Source: an uncultured Desulfatitalea sp. (GTDB lineage Bacteria > Desulfobacterota > Desulfobacteria > Desulfobacterales > Desulfosarcinaceae). Taken from it: a stretch of 64,000 nt of DNA. The notes below the pieces were generated by a model. It did not search any database, was not told the DNA's origin, and saw only the letters and a program-made list of their open reading frames with translations. The number at the start of each line of letters is the position of its first letter. The first letter of the stretch is position 1. Shown here piece by piece: positions 40,465 through 50,201 of this stretch. Position numbers and translations under genes: made by a program. Where the stretch lies: the NCBI GenBank assembly GCA_963668675.2, contig CAXXMB010000001.1, positions 800,001 through 864,000 on the forward strand. Reading direction: 5' to 3'.

Positions 40465-41046
40465 TCATATAAAACCGTTACGGTCCGTTACGCCCCCTTT
40501 CGATTGATCATTGGTCGATGAAAGTTTTTGTAAAAAATGTGCGTATAGGGTTGTCATTGCAATCATGAAGCCAAATATTGGAGCGATTTCGTTTGGGTTT
40601 TCCGAAGTATCGGTTCGGATCAGCGAACAGTTCTCTCGTAAAAGCTTTGTTCCGGCGGCGATGGTTTCGGTCGACACCAAGGTCCGCAGCTCATAGAAAA
40701 ACTTTTGTTGTCCCGGTTGTGGATGAATGAAAAGCAGATAAGGAGGCATCTCATCTGCACCGTTCAGTGCAGGACGGGCATGAATTTTTAAAAACCCCTG
40801 AGCCTTGAGCCAGGGCGATAGATCTGAAAGAATTGTAGCTGCGTCAGGTATGGTGAATTTCAGGGTGCCGACCAGGTAGCCTCCCAAATAGACCTTGAAG
40901 GCGTCTTTAGTGTTAAATTGGCGAGTTACACCGGATTGCATCCCGCCCAATGGATCCGGCGGTAAAAATTCTCTCACCCAACGTTTCCACTTTGCCAAAT
41001 TGATGTCTAGTTTATTGGATAACTGCCTGCTATTGTAATAGATCAT
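40465..41046 (-). CDS. Hypothetical protein with a putative N-terminal HTH (MerR/excisionase-like)
   Basis: YNSRQLSNKLDINLAKWKRWVREFL...GVTRQF resembles a winged-HTH N-terminus; GGAG RBS. Confidence 0.55.
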   Translation of the reverse strand: MIYYNSRQLSNKLDINLAKWKRWVREFLPPDPLGGMQSGVTRQFNTKDAFKVYLGGYLVGTLKFTIPDAATILSDLSPWLKAQGFLKIHARPALNGADEMPPYLLFIHPQPGQQKFFYELRTLVSTETIAAGTKLLRENCSLIRTDTSENPNEIAPIFGFMIAMTTLYAHFLQKLSSTNDQSKGGVTDRNGFI

Positions 41047-41283
41047 AAAAACTCCAGGTAGTCTATTTGTTATACCTACTTAACAACTAACTATTATATC
41101 GTCAAGTATTGCAAATTGACTGCCGATAGATTATGTATTCCTTTTTACGGCAACACTTTGGAGCCACCCGGACGGTCGACCCATAAATGGGGCAACCATT
41201 TTTAATCAACCCAATGCCTGGCGACACACCCACAGCTCCGCGCAGGCATATAAACAACATGTAAAATTGGCGACCTAATACGA

Positions 41284-44200
41284 ATGAACAGAGACAACCA
41301 CCAACAAGCTCCGGTGGCCATCATCGGAATTGGCTGCATGTTCGCCCAATCACCCGATCAGAAATCATTCCTGAATTTGCTTTTGCGCGGTGTAGATGCC
41401 ATCTCCGATCCGCCGGCTACGCATCAGTTTCTCAATGACTATCTGGATTCCGATCCCAAACGGCCAGATCATATTTACTGTAACCGGGGCGGTTACCTTC
41501 CCTCAGTCAACTTCGATCCTTCGGAGTTTGGCATCCCCCCTACAGCCCTTGAAGCGACCGACACCTCACAACTTCTTGGTCTGGTAGTGGCCAAGCAAGC
41601 ACTGTCAGATGCCGGTTACGGTAGCGACGGCCGGACATTCAATCGCGAAAAAACAAGCGTCATACTCGGGGTAACCGGCACCCAGGAGTTGGTCATTCCG
41701 CTGGGCGCGAGGCTTGGACATCCGTTATGGCGTCGAGCCCTGGCCGATGCCGGTGTTCCGGAGCGGACCGCTGAAGATGTGATTCAGAGGATCAGCGAAG
41801 GTTATGTGCCCTGGCAAGAGAGCTCTTTTCCGGGTCTCTTGGGGAATGTTGTTGCCGGTCGTATCGCCAACCGGCTTGATCTGGGCGGAACCAACTGCGT
41901 GGTGGATGCCGCCTGTGCCAGCTCCATGAGCGCCATCCACATGGCCCTCCTGGAACTCACCTCAGGGCGATCGGACATGGCGCTTGCCGGGGGTGTCGAT
42001 ACCATCAACGACGCCTTCATGCATATGTGTTTTTCCAAAACCCAGATTCTTTCCAAAAGCGGAAATATCAGGCCCTTTTCAAAAAATGCCGACGGCACGG
42101 TCCTTGGTGAGGGCGTTGGCATGCTCGTGTTAAAGCGGTTGGAGGACGCCCAGCGCGATAAAGATCGCATATACGCCGTGATCAGGGGCTTGGGGTCGGG
42201 CAGTGACGGCAAATCCCAAAGCATCTATGCGCCTAGAAAGAGCGGCCAGGAGAGAGCTCTCAACCGAGCGTACAAACATGCCGGCGTCACACCTGAAAGC
42301 ATCGGGATGGTTGAAGCCCACGGGACGGGAACCAGGGTCGGTGACCAAGTGGAGTTCAAAGCCCTGTGCGAGGTGTTTCGAAAAAGCTCCTCCAAAGGTG
42401 AGCGCTGCGCTTTAGGCTCGGTCAAATCCAATATCGGTCATACCAAGGCGGCTGCCGGAACGGCCGGTTTGATTAAAACCGCCCTCTCCCTCTATCACAA
42501 GGTGCTGTTGCCTACGCTCAAGGCCGATCCCGCAGACCCCAATCTGGATGTCGACAACAGCCCCTTCTTCATCAACCATCAGCTGCAGCCATGGCTCTCG
42601 GATGGCGATCGCGTACGGCGTGCCGGCGTCAGCGCGTTTGGTTTTGGCGGCAGCAATTTCCATGCGGTTCTGGAGGAGCATCAACCCGAAAAAGCTGAGC
42701 CCACTTGGGACGGCACCGTCGAAATTGCTGCCTTTTCAGCCGAAAGCAAAGCGTTTCTCATCGCTGCTTTGGACCATTGGTCTGAACAGATTTCCGAATG
42801 CCATGAGAGAGACGATGTGGCCCGGCTGGCCGCACAGAGCCGCCTGAGCTTCGATCCTAAACAGTCCTGGCGTCTGACAATGGTCTTCGATCCGCGAGGC
42901 GAAGAGCAGGTGATGGTGCAGTGGTACCATGACGCCAAAACGAAACTGGAAGCCTTTGAGGAAGGTGATGCAGCAGTCTCGTTGGACGGCATCTATATCA
43001 GTACTGGAGATTCCCGGGGTAGAATGGCATTCCTCTTCCCAGGACAAGGCAGCCAATATGTCGGCATGGGACGTGATCTCATCTGCTGCTTTCCCGAGTG
43101 CCTGCAGATCCTCCAGGAGGCCGATAGCGCTGTACGGAGCGAGCTTCCGCTCAGCAGGTATCTCTACCCCAGGATGGACGATGGGCCTTCGGCCGCAGAA
43201 GATCGGCTGAGAAGCACCGATATCGCCCAGCCGGCCATCGGCGCTGTCACAGCAGCGATGCTGGCGTTGCTCAAATCGTTTGGTATCGAACCGGATGCCG
43301 TATGTGGACACAGTTATGGCGAGTTGGCGGCCTTATATGCCGCAGGGCGGATAGACCGTAGCGCACTCTGGCAATTGTCGGAAGCCCGGGGCAGACTGAT
43401 GGCCCAGGCCGGGCAGCGCGGGCAGAAGGAAGATGCCGGCAGCATGCTGGCGGTCATTGCCCCCATCGACGAGCTGGATCGCATGGCGGATGATTTGCCG
43501 GATGGCATCGTCCTGGCCAATCGCAACACCCCGCACCAGGGCGTTTTGTCCGGCCCCACGCCAGCGATAGAGGCCGCAGAGCGTCTTTGCAAGGAGAAGG
43601 GCCACCGTTGTGTACGGCTGCCGGTGGCAGGGGCTTTTCACAGCCATCTGGTTTCCGAAGCTCGCAAACCTTTTCAAAAGACAGTCGGGAAGGTGCCCTT
43701 CGCCGATAACACATGCGTGGCCGTCATGAGCAACAGCTTGGGGGGTAAATACCCTGAGCAAGCCGATCGTGCCAAAAAGGTGCTGGCCGAACAGTTGGCC
43801 CTTCCTGTTGATTTCATATCCAACATCGAGGGTCTTTACGCTGACGGTGTTCGAACGTTTGTGGAGGTCGGCCCCAAAGCGGTGCTGAGCCGTATGGTGG
43901 AGAAGATTCTCGATGCTTCCCCATTTTACTCCCTGGCTCTGGACCGTTCGGCAGGGCGTTCATATGGTTTGAACGATCTGGCTCAGACGCTGGCCCAACT
44001 GGCCGCCTTGGGCTTTCCGGTTCTGTTGCAGCGCTGGGAGAAGTTGTCGCCGGAGACAGCACGAAAAAGAATGCGCATCTCCCTGTCCGGCACAAACTAT
44101 AAAACATCACGCCCTGTGCGGCCGCCAGCAGCGCCGTTAAGGGAGCATCGACCGGCGCCAAGCGGCACAAATGCCGTAGGGCGTGAACCGACCCATTCAA

Positions 44201-47200
44201 GTAACCCACAAAAGACGACCGTTGCTCAAGTGTCCCTGCCCCGAACAAGCAAGAGCAAATCTGCAGTAAATGGTCGATCAGAGTCTGGCGCTATGGATCC
44301 CAAGAGAAGAGACTATTTGAATCACACCCTGGCCACCGTGCAGCAAGGGCTTACGTCCATGCAGGCGCTGCAGGCCCAGACCACGCAGGCCCATCAGAAA
44401 TACCTGGAAGCGCAGGCCGAAGCCAGCAGGACCCTTCAGCAGATGATGCGGAGCACACAACAGCTTGCGGCCACAGCCATGGGAGATGGTGCGATGGTGC
44501 CGATGTCGGATAGCCTGTCCGGGATCGACGCATCTATGGCCCAACCACACTTTGTCCCGACCTCTCCTCCGGAGCCGGATGACGCTGCTTCCGCCAACAC
44601 TCCCGCAGTCCAGCCTGGCGTAACTTCCGGTGTGTCCCGTCAACAGACAGCCGGGCAGTCGTGTGAAACCAAAAAGGAGCCGGCTCCCGAAAGATCGAGC
44701 ACGCAGCAAATATCCATCCGCAAGGCGTTGGTCGACATTGTCGGTGAGCTGACCGGTTATCCCGAAGAGATGCTGGGCATGGAGATGGACATCGAGGCCG
44801 ATTTAGGCATCGACTCGATCAAGCGTGTCGAGATCCTGTCGGCCATGGAAGACCGGATGCCCGACCTTCCAAAGGTGACCCCCGATATGGTCGGCACCCT
44901 CAAGACGCTTGGCCAACTGTGCGATTATCTGGCTTCGCAACAGGGTATTTCAAAAACCGCTGGCAGCGATGTGGAGACTGCGCAGATCGCATCCGGGTCG
45001 GAAAGCAACGAAGCGATCCTCAAAGCGTTGGTCGACATTGTCGGTGAGCTGACCGGTTATCCCGAAGAGATGCTGGGCATGGAGATGGACATCGAGGCCG
45101 ATTTAGGCATCGACTCGATCAAGCGTGTCGAGATCCTGTCGGCCATGGAAGACCGGATGCCCGACCTTCCAAAGGTGACCCCCGATATGGTCGGCACCCT
45201 CAAGACGCTTGGCCAACTGTGCGATTATCTGGCTTCGCAACAGGGTATTTCAAAAACCGCTGGCAGCGATGTGGAGACTGCGCAGATCGCATCCGGGTCG
45301 GAAAGCAACGAAGCGATCCGCAAAGCGTTGGTCGACATTGTCGGTGAGCTGACCGGTTATCCCGAAGAGATGCTGGGCATGGAGATGGACATCGAGGCCG
45401 ATTTAGGCATCGACTCGATCAAGCGTGTCGAGATCCTGTCGGCCATGGAAGACCGGATGCCCGACCTTCCAAAGGTGACCCCCGATATGGTCGGCACCCT
45501 CAAGACGCTTGGCCAACTGTGCAGGTATTTAGCAGGGCCGACTGCCGATGAGACCGTGGTAACCGGCGCAAAAATAACGGATCCCGAGCAGCCGCCTTTG
45601 GCTTCAGCGTCAACGCCCCTTGCCAGGTACCATATCCGGGTGGCTGACCGTCCCTTAAACAGATTGAAAAAAAGCCGGACGCCCGGCACCCACCAGATTG
45701 GCCTGGTGGCAGCCGATGATCCATTTGGCAATGCGCTGCAGCATGCGATTGCCGCAGCAGATATGGGCATCATCCGTTTGCGTGAGCCCTGCGAAATCAC
45801 GCCGCAGACCAAACTGGCGGGGCTTGTGATTGCAGCCCCCATCGAACCGGCTCTCGCCTTTCAATGGGCACAGGCCTGCGCCCCCGCTCTTAACGAAGCG
45901 GTACAGGCGGGCTGTGATCCATGCTTTTATACTGTCACACAGTTGGATGGCGCCTTCGGCTTCGGTGGTGCGCGCTTGAGTGATCCTGAGCAGGGAGCGC
46001 TGGCCGGCCTGGTGAAGACGGCGTCACTGGAGTGGCCCGACATACGATGCGCCGCCATCGATATCGATCCCCGTTGGGGTGATGTTACGGCTGCTGCCGA
46101 TGCCGTTCTCTCTGAAATAAAATACGGTGCAGGTGAAGCGGCTGTCGAAATCGGACTCGGTCAGGGTGCTCGCATCGGACTGGAGATGGCACCTACCGCA
46201 CCGGCACGAACGGAGCAACTCAAGCTGCGTGCCGAAGATGTGGTTGTGGTAACCGGAGGCGCACGAGGTGTCACGGCCGCTGCGGCGACCGCTCTGGTAA
46301 AACATACACCTTGTCACCTTGTGCTGCTTGGCAGATCGCCCCAGCCGGTATCCGAGCCGGAGTGGCTGAACGGTATCAGCGAAGAGGCAGCTCTTAAAAA
46401 AGCGATCCTATCGCACGCGCCGAAAGAGACCCCGCTCACCCCGAAAGCGCTTGAAAAGAGCTATCGTCAATGGATGGCCAATCGCCAGGTAACGTCCACC
46501 ATTTCAGACATAAAGGCCTGCGGTTGCGATGTGACCTACTTCAGCCTCGACGTAAGGGACAGCGAGGCCGTAAGCGAAACCATGGCCACGATCAGAAGGA
46601 AAATCGGAAAAATCAAGGCGGTCATCCACGGTGCCGGTATTCTCGAAGACCGCTTGATTACAGACAAGAAAATATCTCAATTTATAACGGTTTACGATAC
46701 AAAAGTTAAAGGGTTGAAATCGATTCTTGAGGCCACCCGAAAAGATGAGTTGGCCTATCTGGTGCTCTTCTCTTCGATCAGTGCGCGAATGGGCAACACC
46801 GGCCAGTCAGACTACGCCATGGCCAACGAAGCGCTCAACAAGATCGCCATAGCTCAAAGTCGACAGAGGGCCGACTGTAAAGTGGTCGCCATCAATTGGG
46901 GACCTTGGGACGGCGGCATGGTGACCCCCCCATTGAAACGCGTCTTCCAAGGCGCCGGCATCTCCCTGATATCACTTCACGCCGGCGCGGAGGCGATGGT
47001 GGCCGAAATGAGCCAACCGCTCACTGGGCCTGTGGAGGTGGTGCTGGGCGGCCAACTACCCTCGTCCTCAAGTCAACCGCGAGAGGATCAGGCAGAGATC
47101 GCAGTCGCATTATGCGATTCAGCCCCAGAGATGGCATTGGCGGCCAGGCGTGAGATCAATGTGGGGCACTATCCGATCTTGAAATCCCATCAACTTGACG

Positions 47201-47979
47201 GCCGCCCCGTGGTCCCCTTTGCACTGATCACCGAGTGGCTGGCCCACGGCGCACTGCATGCCAACCCTGGATTAAGCCTTTACGGCATCGACAACCTTCG
47301 ACTCTTCAAGGGGATCGTTCTCGATGAATCATCGAAACCGATCCACCTGATGGCTGCGAACCCCAAACGGCGTGACGACCTGTATGAAGTGAATGTGGAG
47401 GTGCGCGACGGCAAACAGGATGGGACCTGTCAGATTCACTCAAGCGCGACAGCCCTTCTGACAGATCGTTTTCCAGCGCCACCAGCGTTCGAAGAGAATG
47501 GCCATTTCAAAGCCACCGCCTACCCTCGCAGCCTCAATGAGGTGTATGAAAATATCCTTTTCCACGGTGACGCCCTGCGAGGCATCGAAAAGATCATTCA
47601 TCTGTCGGATAAAGGGTTGACCGCCGAAGTCCGTTCGGCGCCCTCCCCGGACCAGTGGCTCAGGGAGCCGATGAGAAGCCGGTGGATTGCAGATCCGCTC
47701 GTGATGGATTGTGCTTTTCAAATGGCCATCATCTGGTGTTACGAACATCAGCGTATGGTGTCATTGCCAAGCTATGCCGCTTCGTATCGCCAGTACCGGG
47801 ACCGCTTCCCGGACCGTGGCGTAAAGGCTGTTCTGGATGTGATCAGTGCAACGGATCGAAAGTTAACGGCCGATTTCACCTTTCTCGATGAGGAGAAAAA
47901 GGTGATCGCATGTATGACCGGTTATGAAGCGGTTATGGATCAGCGGCTGTTCAAAGCATTCGGGGTGAAAGCCGCCTAG
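41284..47979 (+). CDS. pfaA: PfaA-like iterative type I PKS/PUFA synthase (KS-AT-ACPx3-KR-DH)
   Basis: KS: DAACASS, EAHGTGT, KSNIGH. AT: GHSYG, AFHS. Three LGIDSIKRVEI ACPs. KR: TGGARGVT, YAMAN. DH: HQLDGRPVVP, DCAFQ. Confidence 0.9.
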   Translation: MNRDNHQQAPVAIIGIGCMFAQSPDQKSFLNLLLRGVDAISDPPATHQFLNDYLDSDPKRPDHIYCNRGGYLPSVNFDPSEFGIPPTALEATDTSQLLGLVVAKQALSDAGYGSDGRTFNREKTSVILGVTGTQELVIPLGARLGHPLWRRALADAGVPERTAEDVIQRISEGYVPWQESSFPGLLGNVVAGRIANRLDLGGTNCVVDAACASSMSAIHMALLELTSGRSDMALAGGVDTINDAFMHMCFSKTQILSKSGNIRPFSKNADGTVLGEGVGMLVLKRLEDAQRDKDRIYAVIRGLGSGSDGKSQSIYAPRKSGQERALNRAYKHAGVTPESIGMVEAHGTGTRVGDQVEFKALCEVFRKSSSKGERCALGSVKSNIGHTKAAAGTAGLIKTALSLYHKVLLPTLKADPADPNLDVDNSPFFINHQLQPWLSDGDRVRRAGVSAFGFGGSNFHAVLEEHQPEKAEPTWDGTVEIAAFSAESKAFLIAALDHWSEQISECHERDDVARLAAQSRLSFDPKQSWRLTMVFDPRGEEQVMVQWYHDAKTKLEAFEEGDAAVSLDGIYISTGDSRGRMAFLFPGQGSQYVGMGRDLICCFPECLQILQEADSAVRSELPLSRYLYPRMDDGPSAAEDRLRSTDIAQPAIGAVTAAMLALLKSFGIEPDAVCGHSYGELAALYAAGRIDRSALWQLSEARGRLMAQAGQRGQKEDAGSMLAVIAPIDELDRMADDLPDGIVLANRNTPHQGVLSGPTPAIEAAERLCKEKGHRCVRLPVAGAFHSHLVSEARKPFQKTVGKVPFADNTCVAVMSNSLGGKYPEQADRAKKVLAEQLALPVDFISNIEGLYADGVRTFVEVGPKAVLSRMVEKILDASPFYSLALDRSAGRSYGLNDLAQTLAQLAALGFPVLLQRWEKLSPETARKRMRISLSGTNYKTSRPVRPPAAPLREHRPAPSGTNAVGREPTHSSNPQKTTVAQVSLPRTSKSKSAVNGRSESGAMDPKRRDYLNHTLATVQQGLTSMQALQAQTTQAHQKYLEAQAEASRTLQQMMRSTQQLAATAMGDGAMVPMSDSLSGIDASMAQPHFVPTSPPEPDDAASANTPAVQPGVTSGVSRQQTAGQSCETKKEPAPERSSTQQISIRKALVDIVGELTGYPEEMLGMEMDIEADLGIDSIKRVEILSAMEDRMPDLPKVTPDMVGTLKTLGQLCDYLASQQGISKTAGSDVETAQIASGSESNEAILKALVDIVGELTGYPEEMLGMEMDIEADLGIDSIKRVEILSAMEDRMPDLPKVTPDMVGTLKTLGQLCDYLASQQGISKTAGSDVETAQIASGSESNEAIRKALVDIVGELTGYPEEMLGMEMDIEADLGIDSIKRVEILSAMEDRMPDLPKVTPDMVGTLKTLGQLCRYLAGPTADETVVTGAKITDPEQPPLASASTPLARYHIRVADRPLNRLKKSRTPGTHQIGLVAADDPFGNALQHAIAAADMGIIRLREPCEITPQTKLAGLVIAAPIEPALAFQWAQACAPALNEAVQAGCDPCFYTVTQLDGAFGFGGARLSDPEQGALAGLVKTASLEWPDIRCAAIDIDPRWGDVTAAADAVLSEIKYGAGEAAVEIGLGQGARIGLEMAPTAPARTEQLKLRAEDVVVVTGGARGVTAAAATALVKHTPCHLVLLGRSPQPVSEPEWLNGISEEAALKKAILSHAPKETPLTPKALEKSYRQWMANRQVTSTISDIKACGCDVTYFSLDVRDSEAVSETMATIRRKIGKIKAVIHGAGILEDRLITDKKISQFITVYDTKVKGLKSILEATRKDELAYLVLFSSISARMGNTGQSDYAMANEALNKIAIAQSRQRADCKVVAINWGPWDGGMVTPPLKRVFQGAGISLISLHAGAEAMVAEMSQPLTGPVEVVLGGQLPSSSSQPREDQAEIAVALCDSAPEMALAARREINVGHYPILKSHQLDGRPVVPFALITEWLAHGALHANPGLSLYGIDNLRLFKGIVLDESSKPIHLMAANPKRRDDLYEVNVEVRDGKQDGTCQIHSSATALLTDRFPAPPAFEENGHFKATAYPRSLNEVYENILFHGDALRGIEKIIHLSDKGLTAEVRSAPSPDQWLREPMRSRWIADPLVMDCAFQMAIIWCYEHQRMVSLPSYAASYRQYRDRFPDRGVKAVLDVISATDRKLTADFTFLDEEKKVIACMTGYEAVMDQRLFKAFGVKAA
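44716..45522 (+). repeat. 300-bp tandem repeat (about 2.7 copies) encoding the three ACP domains
   Basis: Copies start at 44716, 45016 and 45316. By eye they differ only at 44720/45020/45320 (G/T/G) and 44724/45024/45324 (G/A/A). Confidence 0.95.
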
Positions 47980-48006
47980 CGGGCGAGGCAGTGGCAGGGA
48001 TTGCCT

Positions 48007-48627
48007 CTACAGAGATCTCTCAGTCATTGCCTGTCGCTTGATGCGCAACAGACCGGGGCTGGTGTTGATGTACATAAGCGACGACCGGCATCCGCGCTCC
48101 ATGAAGAGGACTTCCAGGCGGTCAAAGAGCACCGGCCGGTCCGGCCAGCGAAATGCCTGGGCACGTCGCTTCAATTCATCCCACTTTTTCTCACAGACCC
48201 TCTCTTTGGAAAACACATCCTGCTGCACTTGGTCGCACAAAAACATGGCGCACATCAACGGACGTACCTGCCAACAGCAACCATCAATTCCCAGATAAGT
48301 GCATTTATGCTCGAAGGCAGGCGAATTCAACGCCTCCTGCAACCGCGATAGCGCCGATCCACTCGAGCAGCACACATTGACCACCACATCTGCCCAGAAG
48401 GTGATAATGCCGTCCTTGCTGCAACAGGCACTTCGCCGGTTGGTATAGCAGCTGCGTGTGCAGTGAGCGCTGAAATGGGCATCCAGGAAACGATCCACCT
48501 CTTTTCGAAAGGCCAGATAAGGGCCCAACTCATCGTTCAAGGCCTGGCGCTGGTCGTTACTCAGAAGCCCAAGCTGTTCGATGACAAGTGTAAGCGCATC
48601 CCCTTGTTCTCGCTGGTATTCGTTCAT
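48007..48627 (-). CDS. Cys-rich hypothetical protein (YkgJ/CxxCxxCC-like metal-binding)
   Basis: CTRSCYTNRRSACC...CTYLGIDGC...RPLMCAMFLC pattern. Confidence 0.6.
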   Translation of the reverse strand: MNEYQREQGDALTLVIEQLGLLSNDQRQALNDELGPYLAFRKEVDRFLDAHFSAHCTRSCYTNRRSACCSKDGIITFWADVVVNVCCSSGSALSRLQEALNSPAFEHKCTYLGIDGCCWQVRPLMCAMFLCDQVQQDVFSKERVCEKKWDELKRRAQAFRWPDRPVLFDRLEVLFMERGCRSSLMYINTSPGLLRIKRQAMTERSL

Positions 48628-48716
48628 ATAGTTCGTCTTTCGTTGCTTCGATAGATTCGTATAGGGAATATTATAGCATGTAATTTCAATATGCTTTTTA
48701 TTGAAAAGCTTTTCCC

Positions 48717-48744
48717 TTGACAATCGAAAGCGGCCTGTTACAAA
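48717..48744 (+). promoter_or_regulatory. Possible sigma70 promoter for the cyclase-like gene
   Basis: TTGACA-N16-TACAAA with a TG extended -10. Confidence 0.35.
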
Positions 48745-48878
48745 GAACCATTCCCGAGGCTTTTCGGCATCACCCGGGTGTTGCTTAAAAGATACACCGG
48801 CTGATATCCGTTAAGTCGATCGATTTGAGCCGCATAACCATCTGGAATTCAATCTGCATTTGAAATCGGGAGCCAATC

Positions 48879-50195
48879 ATGAACGAACAGGCCGAAACCC
48901 CAATCCATCCTCTGAATGCCATTTCCGGACAGTTCAAATCTTCGGACACGGGGTCAGATCGGGGCGACGATCGTCAGCCATCTGATGTTGAAACAACAGC
49001 CCCCTCCCTCTCACTGCTTAAGCTCTCCTCGCCTGCCTTGCTGATTGACCAGACACTGCAGGTCATTTGGCAAAACAGCGCTGCCTGCAAAGTACTTTGG
49101 CATATAGACGATGCCCCTCTGGTTTCATCACAGACGCAGTCTATTTTCGATCTGCTGTTCAAGAAAGGGGTTTTTGAACAAACCGATCGCTGGAAAGAGT
49201 GGCTCGTTTTCTTCCTCGTCCAGGCCAGACAACTGACCAGCGTCCAAGAAGTGGGACGACAGATAGAGGATCTGCCGGACGAACAGCGCCAGATAGTACA
49301 AGCCGCACTCAATGGGCTTGAAAAAAAGATTGATACACCGCGATTCACTGGCAACGCATATGGTACGTTGCAAGATGGCCATGGAGCCGTTTTCGATGCC
49401 GTTGTCACGCGATTTGAAGCAAATACCCTCATGGTTTTTGAAGCGCGACATCCTGTCGGTGTCGGTCCCGGTGTAATGTCAGCAAGAGAGGATAGTAGGC
49501 GTTCGGAACTGGCCCGGAGCCTCTCCCAGGCCGCAAAGAGTGAGATCTCCGTTCTCTCTGCGGAACTCAACGATGCCGGCACCCTTCGGGCAGAGATGCT
49601 CGATGAAGAGTTCAGCCGTCTGTTTCTGCGCGTTTGGGAAATCACAGCAGAGACCATCGAGGCGTTTGGCGGTGTCGTCAGCCAATCCAGCGGCACTGGT
49701 ATTTTGGGTTATTTTTTGCCTGGTGACGACAACGGAAATCGATCCCTGGGTGCCATTCAATGTGCACTGGAGCTGAAACGAAAGATGTCTGAATTGGGGC
49801 GCGAATGGAAGATTCGAAAAGGATGGCTCCACGATATCGAGCTCAATATGGGCATTCATACCGGCGTTGAATATATGGCATCCGTTCCCACGATCATGGG
49901 AGATCACCTGCTGACGTTGGGTGAGACGTTGGATGTTGCCAAACACCTCTCCCAAATTGCGTCCGGCGGCCAGATTTGGACGACCAAAACAATGATCCAT
50001 CGCGTTCCTGAAGGTGAGTTGAAATCGCTTCGCTTCGGGATTTTTCGTTCCGACAGCCATCGCCAGATGTTTGTTGCCAGATGTTTTTCACGAATAAGGG
50101 ATCTTGCCGCGGCGGAAAGTCCAGCGCTCCATCTGGATGAAGAGATGGGGGCCTGCGCCGTAACCCAGGTGTTTGACCGCCAGGGGCATGGATAA
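48879..50195 (+). CDS. PAS-like + degenerate class III adenylate/guanylate cyclase domain protein
   Basis: ISVLSAEL, FGGVVSQSSGTGILGYF, AIQCALEL, LNMGIHTG and LGETLDVAKHL...GGQIW follow the class III fold with catalytic residues replaced. Confidence 0.7.
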   Translation: MNEQAETPIHPLNAISGQFKSSDTGSDRGDDRQPSDVETTAPSLSLLKLSSPALLIDQTLQVIWQNSAACKVLWHIDDAPLVSSQTQSIFDLLFKKGVFEQTDRWKEWLVFFLVQARQLTSVQEVGRQIEDLPDEQRQIVQAALNGLEKKIDTPRFTGNAYGTLQDGHGAVFDAVVTRFEANTLMVFEARHPVGVGPGVMSAREDSRRSELARSLSQAAKSEISVLSAELNDAGTLRAEMLDEEFSRLFLRVWEITAETIEAFGGVVSQSSGTGILGYFLPGDDNGNRSLGAIQCALELKRKMSELGREWKIRKGWLHDIELNMGIHTGVEYMASVPTIMGDHLLTLGETLDVAKHLSQIASGGQIWTTKTMIHRVPEGELKSLRFGIFRSDSHRQMFVARCFSRIRDLAAAESPALHLDEEMGACAVTQVFDRQGHG

Positions 50196-50201
50196 GTACA
50201 A

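Noticed and set aside
44716..45522. Repeats as a CRISPR array or mobile element
   Set aside because: They are in-frame 300-bp coding units with no spacers and no cas genes.
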